DNA from: Bugula neritina
Taxonomy: Eukaryota; Animalia; Bryozoa
DNA length: 64,000 nucleotides
Direction: 5' to 3'
Assembly (NCBI GenBank): GCA_964035545.1
Contig: OZ037765.1
Span: 25,295,504-25,359,503, forward strand
Below, piece after piece: positions 38,375-48,805 of the stretch (its first letter is position 1; each line of letters begins with the position of its first letter). The position numbers and the translations under genes were made by a program. Under the pieces are notes generated by a model that saw nothing but the letters and a program-made list of their open reading frames with translations, was not told the origin of the DNA and searched no databases.

Positions 38375-38699
38375 CTTGCAGCAAGAATTAAATTTTTAAC
38401 AGCTTAGAATTTTCAATTGCATCAAAGGCACATAATAATAATCAGATTATAACTATCACAACAAGTACAACCATAATGAAATTGAATCATAATTATATAA
38501 AAATAGTAAATATAATTATAATAATAATAATAATAATAATATACCTGGGCTTGACGACTGAATAAGCTTATACATAATCATAATGATAAATATTATTATT
38601 ATAACTATTATAATTATAACAATTAAATGATAATTATTATAAATATAATTAATATTTTTAGTTACTTATTAATATTATAAGTATAACTTCAACTTATAA

Positions 38700-39020
38700 G
38701 ATTAACTCTAAAAGTCAGAACTGTAAGAGTAACTCACAACTGTAACAGTAACAGTAACACTAACAATAACTATAAGTGTAACACTAACAGTAAGATTAAG
38801 AGTAAGACTAAGACTAAGAGTAAAAGAGTAACCAACACTAACAGTAAGACTTAGACTTAGAGACTAGTACTATGGCTATAGGCCATGCCTATGGCTATAG
38901 TGATAGTCATACTCATATCTCGTAGGGTAAGTCATAACTCATAAGTGATAAGACTAAGAGTAAGTGGCAGTGCTAACTCACTGTTAAGACTAAGACTAAG
39001 AGTAAGAGTAACTGTAAGTT
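38700..39020. repeat. Low-complexity hexamer-periodic tract (TAAGAG/TAAGAC/TAACAG)
   Basis: Visible 6-bp periodicity upstream of the POLE ATG exon. Confidence 0.7.
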
Positions 39021-39671
39021 AATTTCGAAACTATATTCTCTTGAATGCTTATACTTATAGTGAAGAGTGCAAGAGTTTCTAACTTGGAGCTACACTATCA
39101 CTATAATTATCAAGTATATATTATAATTACGCCATTGACTGTTCAACTTCAAGTTTGTGGAATCTCAATAATATACTTATTTACTACTGATAATTATTGC
39201 TTACAACAAAATCAATGATTCTATGATTAAAGAGAAACTACAAAATTTGAGGATGGCGGGAGATTTTTTCACGAATAAAAACTTACTAAAACACAGACCT
39301 AATTACCGACCCTTTTTACAAACCAGCATGTATCAATATTATATCGTATTTCAAAATTTGCTAAAACGGTCTTTTACTCCCAGTATCCGTTGTTGTCTTT
39401 TTCTTGCTCTTCAATATGACGTCCCCCAACTTTCTTGTTTGTGTAATAGAAGAAATTGCAGAGCTACGCGGAGGAGCTCAATTTGTTACCCGACCATAGA
39501 AAGAGAATGTACTGGTAGTCCAATTTATATTTATAAGACAAGTAACTATTAGAGTACTCGTAGTTGTAAATATTTCACCACTTTGCCCAGTTAGAAAACT
39601 GTCAAGTGCTGTGTTATTAAACGGTACCAGAAAATATTGTACATACATAACTTATAATATATGAATCTGCC

Positions 39672-42600
39672 ATGTTTAGACAAATTTCACGGACACCTAC
39701 TTCTACTTCTAGCAATAGCCATGCAAATTCTTTGAAGTTGAACTTCAAGTTTAATTTCATCACTATCGCTATATTATGTTTCGTTTTACTCAATCATATT
39801 TTATCGTGTGTTTCTGAAAATTCTCAAGCTGATTCTTCAACAGGTAATCAAGCCAAATCTGCCTATATTAGCAATGGGCATGGCATAAATCACTTGGACT
39901 CTGAACCCCAAAACCACGTGCTTGAGCACAAGACCAAGAATAAAATTACCGGCAAAAAGAAACCTACATCTAGAGGCAAATATCAAAGTAATGTTAAATA
40001 TGAAACTGATTCTCATCACCGAAATGTTGAGAATTCTCCCACATTCAAAAGCAAGAAAGCATCATTGATTTGGGCTAAGGCATTGAAAAAATATCAATAT
40101 GGGCATGAGGCAAGTATAACTCACTACTACTACTAGTGCTACTAGTAAGTCTAACGGTAACTGAACGGCCCAAGGCAACACTAAAAAGTGGGAGGGTTTT
40201 AGATTATCTCATCCACACTATAATTATCATTATGAGTATGAATATGTTTACATTATGATTATCATTATCCAGTTGTCATACCCATAATAATGGACTTTGG
40301 ATTTAGTTTTACATTAAAATTTTTGTTTCAGTTTCTGCTGACTAAAATACAGTAGTGAAGTTGTTGAATAAAGCGCATGAGTTTACTATGCCTGGTTTTA
40401 TTTTAAAAAAGAAATCTTCAATCAATACACAATCATCCTCGTAGAATTGGATCTTTCGCAGTTCCACTGTGATAGGGTGACATTCACTAGGCTTAAATGG
40501 GTAAAATAAATTATGAAGTTTCAATTACAGCGGTAGCATACGTTATAATAATCACGTTGAATATCATTTTGTTATTATTTGAATTTTAAATTTGTTTCAT
40601 ATTGTCAACAAAAAACTAATGTAACATTATTGCAGGACCAATCAAAGCTTTTAAATTCCCTGGTTGGAGATCTCACTTCAATTGATAAACAGCTCATTGA
40701 ATTGAAGCACCTCAAATTTGATGGTAAAGATCCTTATGGGGAAGAAGAAGATCGTGTCGAGAGTACTATTCAAGGTATCAAATTTAGAAAAATATCCCTT
40801 TTAACTACTGCTATGTCAAAGTTTCTTTAAGTGATAGTTTATTTCCTGGGGAGCAGCTCAAATTTGAGTAACATGGCAAACCTTGAAATTTTCAATGATG
40901 CTCAATTTGTTAATGCTTTTTATTTGTAATAAATTTATGTGAGTATAGATACTTTAAGAAGGTCAATATGACCAGGAAAACTTATAATCACGAACACTCA
41001 TTTTATCAGGAAAGCTCATTCTATAAATTTAAAAACACGATTTCTTTGAAACATCATAGTATTATATAACTCCAATTTTGTAGAAAGATGTATCCTCTGC
41101 ACTCATGAGCTGACGAGATGTTAAAATGAAAACTATAAATTTATTATTCATTGTTGTGCATCCTCAGTCTACATTATTAACAGTGCAAAATTGTATTTCT
41201 ACTCCCATCTCCTGTACAACTATCTCATTACTTTTATATATAGAATATTTCAATCTACATGTTTATTTGTAGACTTGCTTGAAAAATATGAACTTAAAAA
41301 GAAGTCAGATGATGTGAAGGAACCTATGAGCAATCGAATTGAGGATTATGTGAACAGAGACGACAGATTGGAGGGAATGTACAGAAAAGCTCAGTCTTTA
41401 GGATTTAGTGGTAGGTCTAGTAGCCATGTTTCATTAACATAATCAATGAAATAGTAAATTTCTGTTTAATTTTCCATTATAGATGTTCTGTAATGGTAGC
41501 ATTTAATATCGGGAATTTAAAATGCCAACATGCTTATTTATAGTCTAATTATTTCTGGAGTATATTTAAGTTATTATATAAGTTATTAAATATTTTTGTG
41601 AAGACGCTGAATTGAACGATTTGAAGAAAGAAATATTTCATCACAAACGCACAATGGCAGAATTAGATGATCTAGTGGGCAATCTGAAAGCATTGGAAGA
41701 TGAAGGTAATACATATGTTATTCCGGGCTTTCAGCACATTGTTTTAATTACGCCTTCTATTACCCATCAAGCTAAATTATATATTTTATTTATCCATTTT
41801 GTTTTTTACAGCTAGAGTTTCTTCTAATGATGTTGATGATGGCTCAGATTCGTATCAGCAAGAAGCAAAACAGCTCAAAATACAGGAAGTTCAAACAGCA
41901 ATAAAGGTAGCAGTTTATCTTATAACCTGAAATAAACCAGATTCTCATAATATTTAGGAGCGTTAGATTTCTGATAATTATGTTTTTAGTTCAAATTTTA
42001 AGAAAACTCTATTTTATAAAGCAATGAGTGTATACTTCAGTGAGAAAAATCTTGGAAATTGATCATTGTGACAGTATAAACGCACCTTTACACATGTACT
42101 GTGTTGTAGTATGGGTTGCCAACATCAAAAGCATTTTAGCCATTCTGTTATCCTTTGCAGAAGAAAAAAAGAGAAGTTAAAGAAGGTTACAGTAGACTAA
42201 ATGTCATGTCAGACAATCCTGAACTTCCAAATGATGCAACATTCACCCAAACTAAGGTTTTAAAGTTATGGATGTCAATACTGAAAGCAAATTTCACTCC
42301 AGAAGAAAGATACTCCCTGAAGGTAGCTATTGTTTCTCAGGCAGAAAGTTTTTCTTTTGTTTTAAATTCTTGGATATAGATTAAATGATTAAAATACAAT
42401 TTTTTGAACTGTAAATATGAAGCAAGCTTCCCGGTCTATCTTTTGATTTAAGACTTTTATTTTAGGAAGAATTGATGCATTTGGAGAAGAAGATGAACAA
42501 AAGAGACAAGCTGGAGGAAGAGAAAGCCTTGTTAGAAAAGCATGAGCAGCTTTTGCACCCATCACACTCGGCCAAGAAGGAAAAGTATGCCGAGAAAAAA

Positions 42601-42877
42601 GAGAAAGTTGACAAAAAGGCACAACATTTAGAGAAACATGTAAGTCTCATTTAGTAAATACTTGTCACTAATAACGTGTTGTAGATGATATGGACAGAGC
42701 TAGTATATGTGTAACATAAACCAAACTTGCGTAGCTTTGTTTAGCTTTGATTAAGTTATGTTATAATCTGTCTATACCGTGCAGATGTATTTAGGAGTAT
42801 ATTTTTAACTTTAGGTCCACAAATATATCAAAGACATAGATAGAAGAGTTTTAGAGCGCCAGCACACCGAGCTATGA
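39672..42877 (+). CDS. LRPAP1: Alpha-2-macroglobulin receptor-associated protein (RAP), 8 exons
   Basis: Exons 39672-40109, 40636-40774, 41273-41410, 41604-41705, 41812-41906, 42161-42322, 42466-42639, 42815-42877 join in frame. Hydrophobic N-terminal segment, three RAP-like repeats (IWAKA; MYRKAQSLGFS; KVLKLW...ANFTPEERYSLKEELMHLEKK), C-terminal ER-retention signal HTEL. Confidence 0.88.
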
Positions 42878-44828
42878 AGTCTACTGTTTCATAACCATTG
42901 ATCTCAACCAACTGTTTTATAGACATTTACTATTAAAATATCACTCAGCATATTGGCAGTTTTTTACATCAATTTTAAAAAATATTGAGCAGCTGTTGAT
43001 AAAATAGATACCTGCACATTTTGTTAGATAGCTGAAATATTATTGGCTTTTGATGAGCATGACTCATTTCAAAATTTGTCCAAGTGCCTGTTCAATGCCG
43101 AGGGAATTCAACAACTCGTAATTTATCTGAAGAATTCGATAGAAGCATGAATTAATCACTACTCTTGAAAAATTACGAAGCTCTTTAATATTCAGAATAA
43201 TTTTTGAAATGATATATAACTTTGTTGTCTTATAATCAATTTCTTTGCAATTCAATTTTAATTTGGTTTGCCATATGACAGTCTTACAGCTTATATTTTG
43301 TACATAGGTATAGTTCATTCATAATTTATAGCTGAGCATAATAATGCTGCTTATAATAAGTTTTTTACTACAATAAATTGTTTATTGCACTAAACTTAGG
43401 TTTAGGCAACCAAATCATAAAATAGACATTTTCACATATTACAAAGTGGGAGCAATTACTTGACTAGTTAATAATAGTTGATAACAATTATTTCATTTAT
43501 TTATTAATAACTATAGCTTTTAGAACTTCCCCCCCCCCCCAATTATGGCCATATACATGACAAAACCAGCGTTGACCTAAATAATTACAATTAAGGATCA
43601 TAGCTCCTAGTTTAGAGTTATGTAAGTTGATACATGCAACAATTGCAATATGTTTCTTCATAAGGCAGCTACTATAGGGGAAAACAATTTCATAGTGTTA
43701 AAAACTTGGCAAAGTAATATCAAAGCTTTTTATGCCTTCAAAATAGACTGAAAAATTTGAGCACTAGCTATCATACACCTATTTTAATCAATTATAAGAA
43801 CACTCATTGTTATTGAGTAAAGATATTAGGATTAACCACAGTAACTATAATAATAATATTATTATTATATTTGTAGCCTGTAGGTACTAGGTACCGTGCC
43901 TAAGCCTGCATATAATATATGAATAATAATATCATGAAATACCGGCGTTATAACATTATTATAATGCTGGTATTTCATGTTGGAGAGTTATCTCTCTAAT
44001 TGGAGGCTAGTGTGATTGGCTCCCCGCACACATTACTAATTGTTTCTATAAAGTTTCTGTAGAAGCTTCCTATTTCCGGTTTTCGCCCGACAGTACACCA
44101 GACTCAAAAATAAAACGGATTAATAATTGTTACATTTGCTGCAATTATAGTCAGCATTAAAAATCTATACACTTGTAGAATTTCTAGTTAGTTTGTGTTG
44201 ACTGCCCAGAGTCCACAAACTACCACATATAAATCTGGTTAGTATAATTATGAAGCTTTATGCAAATGTCTAACTAAACCTTTAACAATATGAATAACTT
44301 ATTAACTATAAGTATAACTATTACTATTACTACTATTAGTATTAGTATAACATTAACTGAGTTTCAGTTTAAGTTGAACTTAAAGTTCATCATAACTTCA
44401 TCATTGTCATTATAATTATTTTCATTAAATTTATTTCTTATGATTTAGATTTTAGACTATTAGTATTATTGTCAAATTTAATTAAATTTAATATTATTAT
44501 TATAATTATAACTATCATTATGATTAAATTTAAAATTTTAATATCAGTAGTTATGTTATTATTATAATCTAAACTACAGTCGCGATCATAATGATATTGA
44601 TAATGATAGTTTTTATGAAGGGTATTTATATTTTGGTTGATCTTCTAATAATAATAATAATAATAATAATTAATATTCATATTCATATTGCCTATGGTAT
44701 TTGGTTAACAATAGATTTATTGTAGTTATTATATATAAGGCATATATATTTATGGCTATTCAAGACCGCTTTGTATTTTTTACATGGTGGTTATTTTTTT
44801 TTGTTGGATGCGTTGGCATAAGTGTTAT

Positions 44829-45180
44829 TGTAGTAATTTGTGCAATTACTGAGCGTGAGTTATTTACTTGCGTATAGTTAGCTGGTTATTCTGTTATCAA
44901 TTACTAAGGTAGCTGTCGAGTAATTATATTTATTATCCACAATAAAGCATAAACCAAACATCACATCAAATTATCCTATACAAGAGTCAACTACTAACAC
45001 ATGTTACTACTACAAGCCTCCGCTTACAACAACGTGATATAATGTTAATAACCCGGGAAGTGTCACGTGAATCGGAAGCATATCTTCCGGAGCTGCTAAT
45101 TGGTTGCTACATAAGAGTCTAAGTATTCCAAGAGTAGGGAGAGGGCGATTCCTGTATTTGTACTTGCACTACTCACTACA
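44829..45180 (-). repeat. 3' LTR
   Basis: No differences from 49740-50091 seen on reading both copies. Confidence 0.96.
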
Positions 45181-45191
45181 CCGTCCCCCCC
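45181..45191 (-). promoter_or_regulatory. Polypurine tract (GGGGGGGACGG)
   Basis: Directly abuts the 3' LTR on the element strand. Confidence 0.85.
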
Positions 45192-45470
45192 AGCAGAAAG
45201 CCCTACTTTCTGATAACACAATAAAAAAACATAATGAAAAACCATACAATAATCCAAAAAGAAAAACATACATAAGTAAACCCACAAAGAGTAAGAAAAG
45301 AAATAGTTGAGCACGACAACGTTTACATTAGAAGACAACAGGGTGATCGATCACACACATCTAGTCAGCTATTAAGAGAGAGGGTGCTTACCAGCACGCG
45401 GGCCAATGTCGGAGCGCTCGTCACATTCCAAACGAGTATCGCTCAACGAAGGTGCCTACCCCAGGCATTC

Positions 45471-46237
45471 TCATTGGTTGGGCTCTGATTCTTGTAGCGA
45501 CCGTGCTCGGTGTCGAGCCTGTCGGGCACGTAGCCGCCTCTTCAATCGCCCCACTGAGTCCTTCAACTGGTATAGACCTGTCGTCGTATCCAGCAGGTCA
45601 GGGGCAAGTTGTGTGAACTCGGCTTGCAGTCTTAGAAGCCGCTCTTCTACGTTAGCCAGCTGGCTAGGCCTTGGTGGGGTTGTAGTGGTCTCCGTTAGAC
45701 GGGATATGGTTGTTTCTTCTACTTCTGGGGTGTTGCTAGGGTTGACGGGGGTAGGAGGAGGGCCCTGAACCATAGGGGACTTATGGCGGGCAGATAGTAG
45801 CAGTACGTGAAACCCTGACGTTAGTGCGGCCAGGGTGATAGCCTTCCTGATGACTGGCTTGATGGCATCCAGGTATAGGGGGAAACTGTCTTCATCAACA
45901 GTGTGGTTCTCTCCGGCGAAGCAGCTTAGCTTATGTACTGTCACGGGATACGGGTAGACGTCGTGGAACCCGCAGGGACAGAAGTGGAGTAGGAAATGGG
46001 CGTCTACATGTAAACGCAGGGAGCGGTGCGACGGGCACTCCTCAAAGCAGACCTGGCAGGTTCGGTGTGGTCCACTGGGTCCCCAGGCTTCTTCAATTCT
46101 CCTCTCTGTCGTGGGTGACACCCAACGGTGTCGTCGGCGGAGTACTACGGGTATGCCATTCTCCATTACAGGCTCTTCTTCCATAGACAGAGAGGTTGGC
46201 TGGTCCCGTGACCGGGAGGTGGTCACTCGAGTGTGAT
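45471..46237 (-). CDS. Retroelement ORF3: C2H2 + C2HC zinc fingers and C-terminal coiled coil (main exon of a probably spliced gene)
   Basis: CQVC-x12-H-x3-H, then CPC-x12-H-x3-C, a Pro/Thr-rich linker, a leucine-rich heptad region and the basic tail LKRRLRARQARHRAR. Preceded by the acceptor CTACTCTTTCAG| (AG at 46239-46238). First in-frame ATG within the exon is at 46184. Confidence 0.8.
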
Positions 46238-46546
46238 CTGAAAGAGTAGCAGTGTTAAAGATTATACACTGAGGCACCGTCGGCGTATACAGCCTGACCG
46301 GTACTCTGTTCAGTTACACTCGTGAGATTCAGGCTAATGAATAGTTGATGGAGAACACACTCGCTATGACAGATTATTTAAAATCAAAGTCGACGTGTAT
46401 TCCCACCACTGTTTATCATTATCGAATCTCCAGCTAGCTAGTGTAGCTAAGCTGACTGATGCAGTCTAGTTATCGTACCAAAAACATAATTAACTCACCC
46501 TTCGATCCAGAATAGTAAGACATTTTGGAATGAGAGTGGTAACTGA

Positions 46547-48805
46547 TTACTGTTTACTGGCACGTCTACTCTCGACTGCATCAACATAGGAAAAGACCGG
46601 ACAGCGTGGTTGTGAAACGTGACTAGGGCTTTTCACTTCCAGCGGATGAATCTCGTGTGAGATTCCGCCGAGGCAAAAGTTGAGATTCTCGTGGTGATCA
46701 CAACTCCCACGGCTCTTTGCCTGCTTTCCCATGCGAGGCCTCTCTAGACTTTTGTTACTGCCGCTTATACCGCGGTCACGTACACAGTCTCTGAGACACG
46801 CTGGAAGTTGCCTAGTGTGTGGTCCTGGTCCTATGTTGGTATCTCCTTGCGGAGCCCCTCCCACGGGGGGTTTTTGCACTTCCGGACCTGTTTCTGGTTC
46901 CGGAAGTGGTGATGATGGCAGGCTTGACGTTGGGGGCGGTGAGCGCACTTTCAAGGACGGAAGTGGCCTTTCTCGCCTCGCCAAGTCTTCCTGACGTGTC
47001 ATGGAGGTGTTTCCGGCCAGGTTGACAGTCTCCGCCTGCCGAGACCTTCTCGCACAATGCGTCTGCCGCCCCGCTTCACCAGGGAGACGGCTATGCTTGT
47101 TGGTCTGGCAGACTTTGCACCGTCTCACTCTGCGTCGGATATCCCGTTCCATGTTAGGCCAGTACCACCGGAGTTGTAGCTTAGTGACCACCCCTTGGAC
47201 TCCTCCGTGAGTCTCCTCGTGGGTGTCTTGTATCAACTTCCGGCGGATGGCAACTGGGCAGACAACCCTCTTCCTGGCTGGCTGTCTGCTGTTGGCGGCC
47301 AAGGTCATGGTTAGCAGACCATCTGGCCCGACCCGCAGAGAGCTCCAACGTTGACAGTACAGCCGTAACTCGGCGCATCCCTGTCGCCGTTGTGTACTAC
47401 TGGGTCGTCGCCCCTCCTGTTTCGCTCGGTACACGTCGGCTACCACCCCAGGAAGGCATTCCTGGAGCTTCGGCAGCTCCCTAACGTTACCAGCCCATAC
47501 AGGTTTGGCGCGGAGGCTCTGGGCAGCCTCCGGGGGCGTGTCAGCCCTCTGTTGGAGTAGCTGAGCAGGGGCGGTCCTCGCCGCCCGTGGTACCTCACGG
47601 CAGCCTGCTCTATTTAGGCGGGCTCCGTGGTCTGTGTGGCTGAACGCCTCACTGTACCCATGTGGCAACCTAGCCATAGCCTGGCGCTTCCCGTTGCCTG
47701 CGCAGCCACGCGTCCCTGAAGGAGGGGAGGCGTGGGTTGGGACGGTCCTCCGCCCTCGAGACGGGCTCTGCTGAGGACCTTCCGTCGTAGCTCCCGACGA
47801 CGGCCCAATGGCTTCCTCCTGGACAGGATGGAAGCGACCCAGCATGGATCTGGGTGGTAGGTCTACTGTCTCTGAGAAGGGGTTGACACACTGCACTGAG
47901 ATCTCTCCTTGCCCCGTGAGCCGGCTAAAACTACGGGCAAGTTGGACTCTCGAGTGCGTACTTTCGACAACTCCCAACTTAGAGGTTTGGCCACCGTCTA
48001 CCTTGCAGCGGACGGTAGCCCGGGAGTGGCCTGGTATAGTACAGCTCCGTACTACCTGCACTGCTCCCGCTAGAGGACGACCAAACTTATCGACACAAGC
48101 GAGCTCCTTGTCGCCCATGATCATCGCAGATTTACTGAAATCGATGCGACAACCGTGTCGTTGTAAGAATGGCATCCCGAGGATAGCATCCTCGTTGAGC
48201 TGCCCGACGATAAACGTCTCTTGGATGGCCTGGTTACGGATGTAACCAGTTAGCTCAATAATGCCGTAGAAGGGAATGCACGACCCGTCTGCCAGGGTGC
48301 CATGATCCCCCTCATACGGTGCCAACCCGTCCTTGACCTTAGCGCTGAGGGTGTCAAAGAACTGACGGCTAAGGAGGTTGGTGGTGCAGCCGGAGTCCAG
48401 GAGGAAGTTGGCAGGCTTGCCGGCTAGCTTCCCTGGTAGGAAGTAGCTACTTCCGTGTGGCTGCAATTGAGTGTGCCGTGGTTGCACCTCCCTCGCTGTG
48501 GGTCGAGGGGTCCACGGTTGGCGGCGACTATTGACCAGCTGCCGAGGTTGGGGCGGTACACCTTGCGGCGCTTGTACCGTTTCCCTCGCAGGCTCTGTGG
48601 TCAACCGTCTGCCGGCTCCGTGTTGGTGCCGGAGTGGCGTAGGGGACCCAGGCGGCGAGTGGCTTGAGCCTACTTGCCGCGGGGGTCGCCACTTCACAGC
48701 ATCTCCGCGCGGCGCCCAGCGGGGCGACAGACGCGCGGGCCTCCCTGGGTGATTCACAGACGGCCCGCAGGAGGTGGGAACATCTGCGGGCCGGGGTAGT
48801 TTAAC
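46547..48805 (-). CDS. Internally deleted pol: aspartic protease + integrase HHCC finger; no RT, RNase H or DDE core
   Basis: Open frame, -1 relative to gag. LLDSGCTTNLL (about 48400) and ILGMPFL protease motifs. HEETHGG...YWPNM...CKVC integrase zinc finger (about 47225-47108). No YxDD, RNase H or D,D35E motifs in the translation. Confidence 0.85.
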   Translation of the reverse strand, partial: VKLPRPADVPTSCGPSVNHPGRPARLSPRWAPRGDAVKWRPPRQVGSSHSPPGSPTPLRHQHGAGRRLTTEPARETVQAPQGVPPQPRQLVNSRRQPWTPRPTAREVQPRHTQLQPHGSSYFLPGKLAGKPANFLLDSGCTTNLLSRQFFDTLSAKVKDGLAPYEGDHGTLADGSCIPFYGIIELTGYIRNQAIQETFIVGQLNEDAILGMPFLQRHGCRIDFSKSAMIMGDKELACVDKFGRPLAGAVQVVRSCTIPGHSRATVRCKVDGGQTSKLGVVESTHSRVQLARSFSRLTGQGEISVQCVNPFSETVDLPPRSMLGRFHPVQEEAIGPSSGATTEGPQQSPSRGRRTVPTHASPPSGTRGCAGNGKRQAMARLPHGYSEAFSHTDHGARLNRAGCREVPRAARTAPAQLLQQRADTPPEAAQSLRAKPVWAGNVRELPKLQECLPGVVADVYRAKQEGRRPSSTQRRQGCAELRLYCQRWSSLRVGPDGLLTMTLAANSRQPARKRVVCPVAIRRKLIQDTHEETHGGVQGVVTKLQLRWYWPNMERDIRRRVRRCKVCQTNKHSRLPGEAGRQTHCARRSRQAETVNLAGNTSMTRQEDLARRERPLPSLKVRSPPPTSSLPSSPLPEPETGPEVQKPPVGGAPQGDTNIGPGPHTRQLPACLRDCVRDRGISGSNKSLERPRMGKQAKSRGSCDHHENLNFCLGGISHEIHPLEVKSPSHVSQPRCPVFSYVDAVESRRASKQ

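Noticed and set aside
39223-39552. 109-aa ORF between POLE and LRPAP1
   Set aside because: No recognisable motif; overlaps the presumed promoter region.
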